Both the position numbers and the translations under genes were made by a program. From NCBI GenBank assembly GCA_963815195.1, contig CAWFGE010000020.1, positions 192,001 through 256,000 on the forward strand: DNA of 64,000 bases, read 5' to 3'. This DNA is from an uncultured Planctomycetaceae bacterium (GTDB lineage: Bacteria; Planctomycetota; Planctomycetia; Planctomycetales; Planctomycetaceae). Each line of letters starts with the position of its first letter. Within the stretch, counting starts at the first letter, position 1. Positions 23,107 to 33,896 of the stretch are shown here, in pieces. The notes under the pieces were generated by a model. The model was given only the letters and a program-made list of their open reading frames with translations. It made no database searches and was not told where the DNA came from.

Positions 23107-23753
23107 TCAAGGGATCTTCAAGTGCTGGACCCAGGCGGGCGGGCAGGTTGACGAACACCCAACTTCGGCGGACGCGGTGCTGGCTGAGGTAGGGGGTGAT
23201 GATTTCATCGAGCGATCGCATCCGCTGTTTTTCGTCCCGGCGGCCGATGCGCTTGCGGAGCGACCGCACATACATGTATTCAAAATAACTCAAGGTGCCG
23301 CCGGGGGCCAGCAGCTTGAAATAACTCTCGAAAACTTCACGAACCATATTGGGCGAAAAATTGTTCAAGGGCAATCCGGAAATGATGAAATCATAAGGGG
23401 CGTCTGCCGCGAACTCCTGGAGGGGCAGGACGTGCACCTGGGATTGCTCGCGGACCCGTTGGTAATGCGCGGTGCGACCCGAACCGCTCGTTCAACAGCT
23501 CCGCGAAGCTTTCGTTGAGTTCCACCAGATCGAAGCGGTCTTCGGGGCGGAGCAGCTTCACGATGGATCGCGTGACGGCCCCGGTGCCCGGACCGATCTC
23601 CAGAATCCGCTGGGGCGGCGCATCGGGCCGGCGGAGGGTTTTTTTCATGGGCCCCGTCATCGCCGACGCCAAAAACCGGCTGCTCGGCGCAATCGCCCCG
23701 GTCGTCTTAAACCGCTGCCGGAACTCGCGAAAAAACGTCAAATGATCCCGCAC
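23107..23753 (-). CDS. Class I SAM methyltransferase, phospholipid/ornithine-lipid N-methyltransferase-like (frameshifted)
   Basis: TGAIAPSS, LEIGPGTG, IISGLP and VNLPPA motifs. Confidence 0.8.
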
Positions 23754-23764
23754 GCGATACCTCG

Positions 23765-24754
23765 CTAATCATGGGGCTGACGCCCCACGCTCGCCATTCT
23801 TTCTTCCGCACCCCTTTGGATCTGCTCGATAATATCGAGTCCCACGAGGTCGTTCCATGCCGCGATCAATTTCTGATACACGGGGCCGGGGACCTGTTCG
23901 CCGAGGGCTTCTTCGTTCACGGCGGCCACGGGCATCAGGCAATAGGGCGTCGAGGACGTAAAAGCTTCCGTGGCGGTTCGCAGATCTTCGGGAACCAAAT
24001 CCCTTGTGCGGTAGGGGATTTTCAATTTCGCCGCCAGCTCCCGGACCACGGCCTGGCTGATGCCGCCCAGGCACCGCACCGGCGGCGGGGTGACGATTTC
24101 CCCGCCCAACACCGCGAAGAAATTCCCGGAACTGGTCTCGGTGATTCGGCCGTCTAAATCCAACACGAGTGCGGAAGCTCCGGGTTCAATGGACCGGACT
24201 TCCTGGTCGGCGAGAATCCAATGCAACCGGCTGCGATGCTTGATTCGCGGATCGATGCACTCAGACGGGATTGCCCGCACCGTTGGAATAATGAGATGCT
24301 GCCCCGCGGCGATCTTCTCGGCCCAAAGCTCAAACGGCAGCGGAAACGTATGCACGCAAACCGTGCACGGTTCGCGGTGTTCCATCCTGCCCACATAGGT
24401 CAAATTCGTGCCCGCGGTTGCGAACACAATGATCCCCAAGTCGTGCGAGGCGGGAATCAAAGCCGCGTTGTGCTCCACGACCTTGGCGAGAATCTCCTCA
24501 AGCTCATCCCGCCCCGCAGAGACTGAAAACCCCACCGCAGCGATCGAAGCAAACAACCGCTCCAAATGCTCCGCCACCCGAAACGGTTTTCCGCGAAACG
24601 TGCGAAGCATCTCCGTCACGGAAGCCCCATGCACCACGCCCCTGTCGAAGACATGGAGCGAGGTGTCGGCAATGGGTTTGTATTCGCCATTGATCCAGGC
24701 GATGGGTTCCGGCGTCGAGAGAGACATGGAATGCGAAATCAGTTCCGTCATCAA
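23765..24754 (-). CDS. Aminotransferase class IV (PabC/BCAT-like)
   Basis: DRGVVHG, HLERL, IKHRSRL, ETSSGN and LGGIS motifs. Confidence 0.88.
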   Translation of the reverse strand: MMTELISHSMSLSTPEPIAWINGEYKPIADTSLHVFDRGVVHGASVTEMLRTFRGKPFRVAEHLERLFASIAAVGFSVSAGRDELEEILAKVVEHNAALIPASHDLGIIVFATAGTNLTYVGRMEHREPCTVCVHTFPLPFELWAEKIAAGQHLIIPTVRAIPSECIDPRIKHRSRLHWILADQEVRSIEPGASALVLDLDGRITETSSGNFFAVLGGEIVTPPPVRCLGGISQAVVRELAAKLKIPYRTRDLVPEDLRTATEAFTSSTPYCLMPVAAVNEEALGEQVPGPVYQKLIAAWNDLVGLDIIEQIQRGAEERMASVGRQPHD

Positions 24755-24760
24755 GAAGAA

Positions 24761-25360
24761 TCAATTTTCCGGGAGCGGGATGATGTTCGCCAGCGGGATT
24801 TCCAAACCGGGAAGGCGCGCGGTCGTGTAGGAGTCGTCCGGCCCGAGTTCTGTTTCTGTAAAGCGGCCCTCTTCCAATCGCAACACGAGCAAGCGGTGTT
24901 CGAAGCGGTCCACGATCACGTATTCCCGCACGCCGATCCGCTCGTATTCCGCCCGCTTGTCTTCGTAATCCCGCCTGCGGTCGGCTGCGCCAGGGCTGAC
25001 GGTCTCGAAAACCAAATCCGGGATGCGATGGGGAAAAGCGGGGTGCTCCTCGTCCGTCTGTAAATAAACGGCGAGGTCGGGGAATCGTTCCGTGTTCTCA
25101 TCAATCACCACCCACGACTCTTCATAGACTTTTTCCACGATTCCCGGATGATTCACCTTGTAAATGACGAGCGGATCTCGGAAGAGATTCGTCGTGTCAC
25201 GGTGGCCTTCTCCCGCGGGTGTCATCAGAACCAATCTCCCATCGATGCGTTCAAACTTCCAGGGCTCTTGGAAATCCGCATCGGCAAACTCCTCGTGCGT
25301 GAGCGCCAAGCCTTCATCGTCTTTGGTGAGTGTCAGTTTGGAAGGGTTTGTTTGACGCAT
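24761..25360 (-). CDS. Uma2 family endonuclease, copy 1
   Basis: PD..PDLVFETVSP..D...K..EY..GV.EY.IVD pattern. Confidence 0.88.
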   Translation of the reverse strand: MRQTNPSKLTLTKDDEGLALTHEEFADADFQEPWKFERIDGRLVLMTPAGEGHRDTTNLFRDPLVIYKVNHPGIVEKVYEESWVVIDENTERFPDLAVYLQTDEEHPAFPHRIPDLVFETVSPGAADRRRDYEDKRAEYERIGVREYVIVDRFEHRLLVLRLEEGRFTETELGPDDSYTTARLPGLEIPLANIIPLPEN

Positions 25361-25476
25361 GGGTCTCGTTAGCCTCCGGTTTCGATGCAGGGAGAATCGC
25401 AAAATGTGGAATACGAAACCTAATCCCGCAGGGTGACGTTTCAGTAGTTTTCCGCGCCGATCATCATCCTAAGGAG

Positions 25477-26076
25477 TCAATCTTCCGGGAGGCAGATGAT
25501 GTTCGCCAGCGGGATTTCCAAACCGGGAAGGAGCGCGGTCGTGTAGGAGTCGTCCGGTCCGAGCTGCGTTTCTGTAAACCGGCCCTCTTCCAATCGCAAC
25601 ACGAGCAAGCGGTGTTCGAAGCGGTCCACGATCACGTATTCCCGCACGCCGATCCGCTCGTATTCCGCCCGCTTGTCTTCGTAATCCCGCCGGCGGTCAG
25701 CTTCCGACTGGCTGACGATCTCGAAAATCAAGTCCGGCACGCGCTCGGGAAATGGCGGATGGTCTCTGTCCGTATACAGGTACACGGTGAGATCGGGAAT
25801 GCGTTCGGTGCCATCGTCAATGATCACCCACGACTCCTGGAACACATGCTCGATGATATTGGGGTGGCTATGTTTGTAGACGGCGAGTTGGTCTCGAAAA
25901 GGTTCCGCGGCGGCGTGATGTTCGAATCCCGAGGGCGTCATAACCACCAGCCTCCCCTTAACACGTTCATACCGCGATGGTCCCTGGAAATCCGCATCGG
26001 CAAACTCCTCGTGCGTGAGCGCCAAGCCTTCATCGTCTTTGGTGAGTGTCAGTTTGGAAGGGTCTGTTTGACGCAT
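25477..26076 (-). CDS. Uma2 family endonuclease, copy 2 (tandem paralog)
   Basis: Same motifs; ends nearly identical to copy 1. Confidence 0.88.
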   Translation of the reverse strand: MRQTDPSKLTLTKDDEGLALTHEEFADADFQGPSRYERVKGRLVVMTPSGFEHHAAAEPFRDQLAVYKHSHPNIIEHVFQESWVIIDDGTERIPDLTVYLYTDRDHPPFPERVPDLIFEIVSQSEADRRRDYEDKRAEYERIGVREYVIVDRFEHRLLVLRLEEGRFTETQLGPDDSYTTALLPGLEIPLANIICLPED

Positions 26077-26223
26077 GGGTCTCTTTAGCCTCCGGTGTCG
26101 ATGAAAGGGAACGCGGCCGAAGGGTGATCCGGGATTCGCGAGGGCACTCCAACCAGTGTACCAGAGACGCCCGTCCGCCGCTCTCGTTTTTTTGTCCGCG
26201 CCGATCCGCGGTTCCATCTCGCA

Positions 26224-28308
26224 TCAGGCTTGATCGAGAGCCGCTTTGAGGGCGTCTGTGCCGGCGATCGGGGCCTGGCAGGTGCCGTGCTCGCAGAGGT
26301 AGATCGCGGGCTTCCCGTCATCGGCCGTTTTGCCGGCGAGAAGTTCTTTCACCGCGGGCGAGAGATCTTCATCCGAGATATTCCGCGGCCGGCGGAGGAC
26401 GACTTTGTTCGGCAAGAAGCGACGATAAATTTCCCCGAGCATCGCCTGCGATTCGCCCGCATTCTCGCCGTCGGCCACGACTGCTTCGAGTGGATCGCCC
26501 AGGAGGAATTCCAAGGCGACGAGCGCCTGCCCCGAAGCCGAGGGAATGTTTTTCATTTGGCCGGCGAGCATTTCCAGCGTGCCCACGGCCCGATCTTCCA
26601 GGTCCCGCCGGCCGGTCAATCGGCCGAGTCTTAAGAAGGCCGTCGCCGCCATCGCGTTGCCCGAAGGCGTGGCGTTGTCCTGGCTGTCTTTCTGGCGGAC
26701 GATGAGTTTTTCGTGGTCACTCGCGGTGTAATAAAACCCGCCGGCCTCGGCATCGGCGAAGCGGTCGATCATCTGCTCGGCGAGTTCCAGGGCCGACTCC
26801 AAGTAGCGAGTTTCAAACGTGGCCTGATAGACTTCCGCGAGGCCGTCGAGCAGACAGGCATAATCATCAAGATACGCCGTGAACCGAGCCTGGCCGTCTT
26901 TGAAGCTATGCAAGAGACCGCCGTTCGCGGACCGCATGGAGTTCAGCACGAAATCCGCCGCCCGCGCGGCCGCGTCGGCATAGCGGTCTTCGCCCAAGAC
27001 CTGAGCCGCCATCGCCATCGCGGTGATCATCAGCCCGTTCCAGGAAGTGAGGACTTTCTCGTCCCGGCCCGGATGAACGCGGTTCTCGCGGACCTCGAAC
27101 AGCTTCGCCCGGCACTCCGCGAGCATCGGTTCGAGTTGGTTCTCGTCCATCTCCAACGTCTTCGCGGATTCGGCGAGCGAACGCGGCCGATTGAGAATCG
27201 TCTTTCCTTCCCAATTGCCGCCGGGCGCGACATCGTAACATGTCCCGAAAATCCGAGCCCGGTCCGCCCCCAGGTGCTCTTCAATCTCGGCCGCGGTCCA
27301 TACAAAGAATTTGCCTTCCTCGCCTTCGCTGTCCGCGTCCTGCGTGCTGTAGAAACCGCCGTCCGGCTGCGTCATTTCTCGGAGCACATAATCCAGCGTG
27401 TCGCGGACGACATTTGCATAAGACTCGTCATGCGTGGCTTGATAGGCTTCCAGATACGCGGGCACCAACAGGGCGTTGTCGTAGAGCATTTTTTCGAAGT
27501 GAGGCACCAGCCAGCGGGCATCGGTGGAATACCGATGAAAGCCGCCGCCCAGATGATCGTAAATCCCGCCCCCGGCCATTTTGTCCAGCGTGAAGATCAC
27601 GTGCGCAAGCGCGGGCTCGCTCCCGAACCGCTTCCAGGATCTCAACAGCACCCGCAAGTCGAACGGATGCGGAAACTTCGGCGCCCGGCCGAATCCGCCC
27701 TCGGCCGTGTCGGCGTGCCGTAATAAATGCAGCGCCGCCTGCTCCAAATACTCTTCCGAAAGCGCTTGCCGCCCGCCAGCGCGCTCGGCCTCTTCGACCA
27801 AAGCATTGGTGAGTTGCAGGGCCTGGCCGTCGAGTTGATCGCGTTTATTTTCCCACGCATCCGCGACGGCTTCCAACACCTGCGGAAACCCGGGCCGGCC
27901 GTAAAGCGGCGTCGGCGGCCAATAGGTCCCGCCGAAAAACGGCCAGGCGGCTGGCGTCAAAAACACCGACATCGGCCAACCGCCCTGCCCGGTCAGCGCG
28001 AGCACCGCCTGCATGTAAATCTGATCGAGGTCCGGCCGCTCTTCCCGATCCACTTTGATATTGATGAAGTGCCGATTCATCAGGGCGGCGGTCTCGGCGT
28101 TCTCAAAACTTTCCCGCTCCATCACGTGGCACCAATGGCAGGCGCTGTAGCCGATCGAGAGAAAGATCGGTTTGTCCTGGTCGCGGGCCGCGGCCAGGGC
28201 TTCTTCGCCCCAAGCATACCAGTCCACCGGGTTCAGGGCGTGCTGCAAGAGGTAGGGACTGGTTTCGCGGGTCAACCGATTCGCGGGATGTGGGGAAGAT
28301 TCCGACAT
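26224..28308 (-). CDS. Thioredoxin-domain protein (YyaL/DUF255 family)
   Basis: [36 protein letters not shown]. Confidence 0.92.
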   Translation of the reverse strand: MSESSPHPANRLTRETSPYLLQHALNPVDWYAWGEEALAAARDQDKPIFLSIGYSACHWCHVMERESFENAETAALMNRHFINIKVDREERPDLDQIYMQAVLALTGQGGWPMSVFLTPAAWPFFGGTYWPPTPLYGRPGFPQVLEAVADAWENKRDQLDGQALQLTNALVEEAERAGGRQALSEEYLEQAALHLLRHADTAEGGFGRAPKFPHPFDLRVLLRSWKRFGSEPALAHVIFTLDKMAGGGIYDHLGGGFHRYSTDARWLVPHFEKMLYDNALLVPAYLEAYQATHDESYANVVRDTLDYVLREMTQPDGGFYSTQDADSEGEEGKFFVWTAAEIEEHLGADRARIFGTCYDVAPGGNWEGKTILNRPRSLAESAKTLEMDENQLEPMLAECRAKLFEVRENRVHPGRDEKVLTSWNGLMITAMAMAAQVLGEDRYADAAARAADFVLNSMRSANGGLLHSFKDGQARFTAYLDDYACLLDGLAEVYQATFETRYLESALELAEQMIDRFADAEAGGFYYTASDHEKLIVRQKDSQDNATPSGNAMAATAFLRLGRLTGRRDLEDRAVGTLEMLAGQMKNIPSASGQALVALEFLLGDPLEAVVADGENAGESQAMLGEIYRRFLPNKVVLRRPRNISDEDLSPAVKELLAGKTADDGKPAIYLCEHGTCQAPIAGTDALKAALDQA

Positions 28309-28481
28309 GAGGGCCACCGCCGGGCAAAAGGAGAAAAGGCTGCGTCCACCGAATCCTAGAACCCCGCGGTGCGCGAAACAAGGGGGGACCCCCGATCGCT
28401 GCGAGCGAGAAGACCGCTTAGACAAAGCCATGCCGTTTTCCTTGGATTCTCTCGCACAGGCGCCCCGACCGGGGATAAGAC

Positions 28482-28612
28482 GAGAGGGGAATTGGGGACC
28501 GGGTTTGGTCCACGATTTTTGGCTGGATGCTTTACTGCTTCTTGCCGATTCATTAACATCCGTGGGGCGATGCTCACCTCCCAACTCGCAACTCGGGTGG
28601 GTGTCAATAACG
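28482..28612 (-). pseudogene. Decayed copy of the leader and first codons of the 38389-39660 integrase family
   Basis: Aligns with 39575-39705; [21 protein letters not shown] vs SASGSKVSSPSWEKPYPEFP. Confidence 0.7.
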
Positions 28613-28634
28613 CGCCAGAGAGTATTGAAAACAC

Positions 28635-28709
28635 TGGCGGTGGCTGGGGTCGAACCAGCGTCCATCCGGATAGCGAGCCGGACGCTCTACCGCGCTGAGT
28701 TACGCCGCC
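28635..28709 (-). tRNA. tRNA-like gene or pseudo-tRNA with apparent 8-nt anticodon loop (CUCGCUAU)
   Basis: GGCGGCG-TA-ACTC..GGTA-GAGC-G-TCCGG-CTCGCTAT-CCGGA-TGGAC-GCTGG-TTCGACC-CCAGC-CACCGCC-A; mismatches in acceptor and D stems. Confidence 0.65.
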
Positions 28710-28944
28710 CAAGTGTCGTCTTTCTTCTTGATAATCTCTTGTCTCCGCTGTTCCTGTTCAAGCCAGTAGCGACTGAGAAATCGAATCAATGACCCAATTG
28801 GGAGTCCGACCAGAATTCCGTCGTGGCGGCACCAACCAAAAGAATTAAGCCGCCGAGTTCAGCTTGATTACGAGCCATGCCCCTTGGCCAATACCCAACC
28901 GAGGGGCAACTTGTTGGAAAGCAGTTTCGCCGCAAACGTTATTA

Positions 28945-29105
28945 TTCCGTCTCTCAGCTTTCACGTTGACTTCATTGGGCGCTTCATCGAAGTATGGAAA
29001 CAGCGCTGGGCAAAGCCAGCCTTCTGCTTTTGGCTCCTCACGGGAATACCACCACCCGCCGAACTCTTCCCGCAGCCGAGTCAGTTTGCGCTTAGCCCGT
29101 AACGG
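28945..29105 (-). pseudogene. C-terminal remnant of a DUF6717-like protein
   Basis: Reads LREEFGGWWY...EGWLCPALFPYFDEAP with no start codon. Confidence 0.45.
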
Positions 29106-29129
29106 TCGGCCGTAAAGTGTCTTTTTTGC

Positions 29130-31493
29130 TCATTTGGCCACGGCATCGCGCCCAAAGAATTGCAGACGCATTGGATTATCCAGCATGGCCTGTTCCACTT
29201 GATCTGGAGACCAAGCACCTTGATGTTGGGAAAACAGGACTCGGCTCCGTAAGGTTTCGCCTTCCAACTCCGGCGGCATGTCGGGCCAGCGGGCAACAAA
29301 GGTGCCCTTCTCCGCGCCTTTGCGGTCCCCCAGCCAGCTTGGGGCCGCGCCCGTCTTGGAGAACCACTCTTTCACCCGGTCCACATCCTGGTGCTTTCCA
29401 GGCGACCAATGATTTTTGTGGAGCTGTTGCCAAAGATTTCTTTGTCCACACTTCGCGGGCTTTGCGTGCAAATCAAGCACGAAACTCCAAACTTTCGCGC
29501 TTGGGAAAACAACCGAATCAGGGGTTCCTTGGCCGGTGGCTTTGAAGTCCCCGCGGGAACATAATCTCTGGCTTCATCCAAATAGAACAACAACTTCGGT
29601 CGCCCCTCGGTCGTTCCGGTGGCGATCATCCAACGATATACCTCGGCGGCGACCGATGCCACCAGAAACTGTTTCTCTTCATCGCTGACCATCGCATTCA
29701 GATAAATCACATTCAACGGCACCTTTCCCGGTTGAACTGGCGCATTAAGAACATCCATATCCAAAGGCACTCCCCCCTCGAAAAGGCTGGCTGAGGGACC
29801 AGAGCCGAATGTGTTCAAGGTGTGCGCGAGTTTTTCCCGCTCTGCTTTCTTGATGAAGAAATTGGCGTCCTCGATCCCGACCGACTCCGGGGAGAGCAAG
29901 GCGGAGAGAATGTCGTTGAGCTTCAGTTCATTCGAGTGTTCGCGGGGCAGCCGTTTCAAGATTTGGAACAGAAAGTTCTGTTGAGATGGCTCTTCTCCCC
30001 CGATGGAAGCCAGGCTCACGAGATTGTTGGCGACGTTGGTCAGCATGCTCTGCTCTTCCTCTTCACGCCGTGCCTCCGATGGCAAGTGTTCCAGGTCCTG
30101 ACTGCCGGGCAGTCGAATCGGATTCAGGCTTAATCGAATCGCGTGCGATGTTCCGGGCGTAAAGATGCGGGTTTCGACCTTTTCGCAAAACTCGCGCGCC
30201 AAACTTCGCCATTGGGCATCCACCGATTCCGGGGCGTGCTGGTTCAAAAATTGAACCAAGTCCCCCTGAGGATCGATCACCAGTGCCGGGATTCCGTTGC
30301 GAACCGCTTCCTCCGCGATGCATTTCGCCATCCAGGTCTTGCCGCTGCCCGCCGCTCCCACGACCGCCACATGAGTTTTGAGAACATCGGGATTCAGCCT
30401 GACAATCTGCCCGCGCTTCCCCAATACAAAGCTGGCCATCGGTTCTAGCGGGTTCAGCTTCCTCGGGTTGGGTGTTGTCCTCACGAGAATCCGGAGCGGT
30501 TTTCGTCGTCTCCTCGCTCTCCGGAATCGGCGTGACGTCCACGGTGGGTTCTTCGGCGGAGAGCGGGGTTTCCGTCCAACCGTGAAGCCGGTCTCCCGCG
30601 TCCTTGGCCCCCAAGCGGCGCTCGCATTCGTTGGCGTTGTTCCATCGGCAGGTGCCGCAAAACTCGGTATTGCCGATCGGCTTTAAGCCTTCCCCGGATT
30701 TCTCATTGTAGCGGACCCATTCCGCCATCGATGCCAATAAATCGTAGACCTCGTGTCGCTTCGCATAGACTTCCTCCCAGCGCATTTCGTGCATCACACG
30801 CTGAGGATGCAAATAAAGCACGGCCACGTCGGGCTTTGTCTGATGCTGATGATGGTGCATCAAGGCATAGGTCGAGACCTGAAACAGGTCGTTCGTCGGT
30901 TGATGAGAGGGCGTCAATTTGTAGTCGAGGATGCGATGGCTCTCCGTTCGCCAATCGAAAAAGACATAATCCAATGCCCCCGTCACATGAACCGGCTCGC
31001 GATTCGGACCGACGTGAAACGTCACATCCACGCGCTTGCGGATGTCTCCGAACAGATTTCGCACGATCTCCGTCGGGGAGAGTTCCAGCGATTTTGCGTA
31101 ATGGATAATTCCCGCCAATTCGCGAACATAAATTGCCAGAGCACGGATGAAAGCCTGCCGAAGAGGAATCGGCTTGGACGCGAGCTTCTCCAGATTTACG
31201 CAGTTGCGGTTGATGAAGATTCTCAGCTTCTCTTCGATTTTGACTTCGCTGTCGCCCTGCCGGACAATGGCGTCCACATCGGACGAGGTGCGGGCGATGT
31301 GATTGAACTTTTCGACCGCTTGATGAAACAGCACCCCGCCCGCCGTGGTTTCCGCATCACCGTCCTTCCAGATTCTGGTGACCCTGGGCGTCGTCAGCTT
31401 CTTTCTTTGGGTCCATTCCGAATCGAAGTAAAGAATTCGGGGACACGAGGCGGCAACGCGAACCTGCGTCACCGTAAAATGCACGGGCAACAT
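29130..31493 (-). CDS. PD-(D/E)XK nuclease fused to a HerA/DUF87-type ATPase (frameshifts near 30420 and 29390)
   Basis: CPR, G.LFH, GALD..ILDYK, Q..TYA, CxxC..C; then HVAVVGAAGSGKT, IDPQGD, LDEA, ARKFG..LICTQ. Confidence 0.8.
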
Positions 31494-31513
31494 AGCGACC
31501 CCAATTTATCCGC

Positions 31514-33853
31514 TTATTTTTTGAGTTGGAGAAACAGTCCGTCTTCGTATGTGTCGGCGTACAACTTGCCCTTTTCGTGCATCTGAATGGCGACGGTTTT
31601 GATCTGCCGGTGGGCTTCTTCGTGGTCCAGCGTCTGGTTCACGAGATTCCTGAGCACGACCGTGGCGATCGCGCTGGTTGTCAACCCCAGCCGCAAGCCC
31701 AGTTCCCCACGAATGATGGTCTCAATCTTCCCGGAGTCGAGTTGAACCGTGGGGACTTCCGGGGGAGCGTCCCCATCAGTAGGATCGGTTTCCGTGAGCA
31801 GTTCCCGCAAAATGGGTTGCTTTCGGAAGAGATCCTGGCGATGCAGGGATTCAATCACTTCTTCCGCGGTGACTTGCCGAGTCTTTCCCGGCGCAAATTC
31901 GATTTCAAAATCGTTGCTCCGGGCCTGGCCGATGACCATTTCCAAAGCGTCCAGCTTGGCATGGTCCTCGAAATTCATTTTCAAGTGGCGAAACGCATCC
32001 GTACCAAGGCTGACAAGGCTGTCGTAATGTTCCTGACCTTTGGCTCCCAGGGAAAAGTTGCAGCGCGAGTCGGTGACCAGCAGGCGGTGATCCAGCTTCT
32101 TTTTCACATCTTTGAGTTTACGAAGCGATGCCGCCAGGGACGTGGCGTTGTCGGTCGTCAACACCGCCAGGGCATTGAGGATGTCTTTTGAGCCCCGGCC
32201 GTTGTCCACCCGTTCCAGAACTTCGAGATCGTAAGACGGACGAGCGTTGTTTTTTCCTACGATTCGCTTGTGCGAAACCAGAGTGTAAAGATCCGTTCGC
32301 GGCTCGCAGTAAGACAATAAATTCTCCAATAGGGTGGAAATGTTGTCGCTATCCGGCGGCAAGCTGCCCTTGTTCAGATGCCGTTTCTGGATGCTTTCTT
32401 CGATCTTCGCGCGCACGGCCTTATCAAGGAGGGATTGTTCGTGCTCTTTAGACGCGGGTTCTTCGGGCAACTCCGAATCCCCGGGAACATCGGGAGGAAA
32501 GCCGATCCCCCATGTCTCGAACCACTTCTCCACGCCCAATTCCCTCAACCGGCGTTGCTCGACACGCCAGGCATTGTGCGCCCAGTTGATCACATCCCGC
32601 GGTCGGGCTTCCAGGATATTCCCCTGTTCGATTTTTTCCCTGTACCATTTCTCGCCGATCGGAAAGAAAGGATCGGCTTCGATGGCCGCATCCACTTCGG
32701 GAATCGGCCCGCGGAAACCTTGCTGAAATTCTTCCAATCGCTGCCTGATGATCTCGGCTCCGTCCGGTTCCACCGGAATCCGCGCCAGTTGGAGGTGATC
32801 GCTGCCTGTGTCCTTCGATTCCCCGAATTTCGCGATCCGGTCCCAGGCGGCTTCGGGAATAATCCCGTCCGTCTTGAAGCGAAGCAGCGTCTCTTGCACG
32901 CCGGACGTGATCAAGAGCAGATTGGGAGCATGATCGATCAAAGCATGCAGGAACCGAGAGAATGCCTTCACCTGCTCTTGTTTCAAATTGTCGAACTGGT
33001 CGATGCAGATAATCAGCGGAGTATCCGCCAAAGCCAACAACCCGGAGAGGGTGAGCAGAACTCGCTCGCAGTGAGACTCATCCGCCAGGCCGTAATACGA
33101 TGCGCCCTCGTCTTGGAGACGAATTTCCCGCAGGCCGACGATGGGCAAATCAAAACGTTCCGCCGCTTCGGGTTCGATGAGTTCTCCCGATAAGAAGTTC
33201 TCGATCATTTGAATCTTTGCCCGGCGCTCATCAGGCGATTTTTCCTTGCCGTAAATCAGCTTGTTGATGCTGCAAAAGTACTCGATCAGCAAGTCCCGGA
33301 CATGCAAATTGTCGGAAATCTCATTTGTAAAACTCCGAAGCGCTTCCCGGCATTTGGATTCTGTTGTCGGCAGGGAATATCCCCGTTCCTTCAAGGCGGA
33401 CAGAGCCACCTTCTTGAGGGCTTTGTACAACCGGCTGGACGTATAATCGGCATTTTTTTCCCGGCGGGAAAGAATGCTCATCACCACGCGCAGGAAATAA
33501 TACGGCAATCGTTCCGGCGAGGCTTGCACGTTGTGGAGGAAAACATAAACGGCTTCGTGCTTCACCGCCCAGCGGTATAGGCGGGACAGCAAATGGCTTT
33601 TCCCGACGCCCGCACCGCCCAAAATCATGGCTCCGACCCCTTGTCGACCCGCAAGGGTTTCCGTGGCCAATTCGACAAGCAGGTCGAATTGCCGCCCGTG
33701 AATCGATTCCACATCCACATCATAGTCGGAGGGTTCATTCACGCGGTTTGAGGAAAACGGCTTGCGATCCAAAAGGGCCGCCGCAAAGTCCTCCAACGTC
33801 AGAGGCCCTGCCGAGTGAAAGCTGCCTTGGGGTTTTGGATTCATGGTGTGCAT
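31514..33853 (-). CDS. P-loop AAA-type ATPase with a long C-terminal extension
   Basis: Walker A GGAGVGKS, Walker B IICIDQFD, PRDVI. Confidence 0.8.
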   Translation of the reverse strand: MHTMNPKPQGSFHSAGPLTLEDFAAALLDRKPFSSNRVNEPSDYDVDVESIHGRQFDLLVELATETLAGRQGVGAMILGGAGVGKSHLLSRLYRWAVKHEAVYVFLHNVQASPERLPYYFLRVVMSILSRREKNADYTSSRLYKALKKVALSALKERGYSLPTTESKCREALRSFTNEISDNLHVRDLLIEYFCSINKLIYGKEKSPDERRAKIQMIENFLSGELIEPEAAERFDLPIVGLREIRLQDEGASYYGLADESHCERVLLTLSGLLALADTPLIICIDQFDNLKQEQVKAFSRFLHALIDHAPNLLLITSGVQETLLRFKTDGIIPEAAWDRIAKFGESKDTGSDHLQLARIPVEPDGAEIIRQRLEEFQQGFRGPIPEVDAAIEADPFFPIGEKWYREKIEQGNILEARPRDVINWAHNAWRVEQRRLRELGVEKWFETWGIGFPPDVPGDSELPEEPASKEHEQSLLDKAVRAKIEESIQKRHLNKGSLPPDSDNISTLLENLLSYCEPRTDLYTLVSHKRIVGKNNARPSYDLEVLERVDNGRGSKDILNALAVLTTDNATSLAASLRKLKDVKKKLDHRLLVTDSRCNFSLGAKGQEHYDSLVSLGTDAFRHLKMNFEDHAKLDALEMVIGQARSNDFEIEFAPGKTRQVTAEEVIESLHRQDLFRKQPILRELLTETDPTDGDAPPEVPTVQLDSGKIETIIRGELGLRLGLTTSAIATVVLRNLVNQTLDHEEAHRQIKTVAIQMHEKGKLYADTYEDGLFLQLKK

Positions 33854-33896
33854 CCCGGTCCAATGTTGCCTGGAAGCGAAAGGGAGTCGGTGCGGA

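Noticed and set aside
28309..28665. N-terminal extension of the YyaL ORF to 813 aa
   Set aside because: It runs through the tRNA-like gene and integrase stub; family similarity starts at 28308.
30600..31493. Nuclease as Cas4 of a CRISPR-Cas locus
   Set aside because: No cas1, cas2 or array is present, and the domain is fused to HerA.
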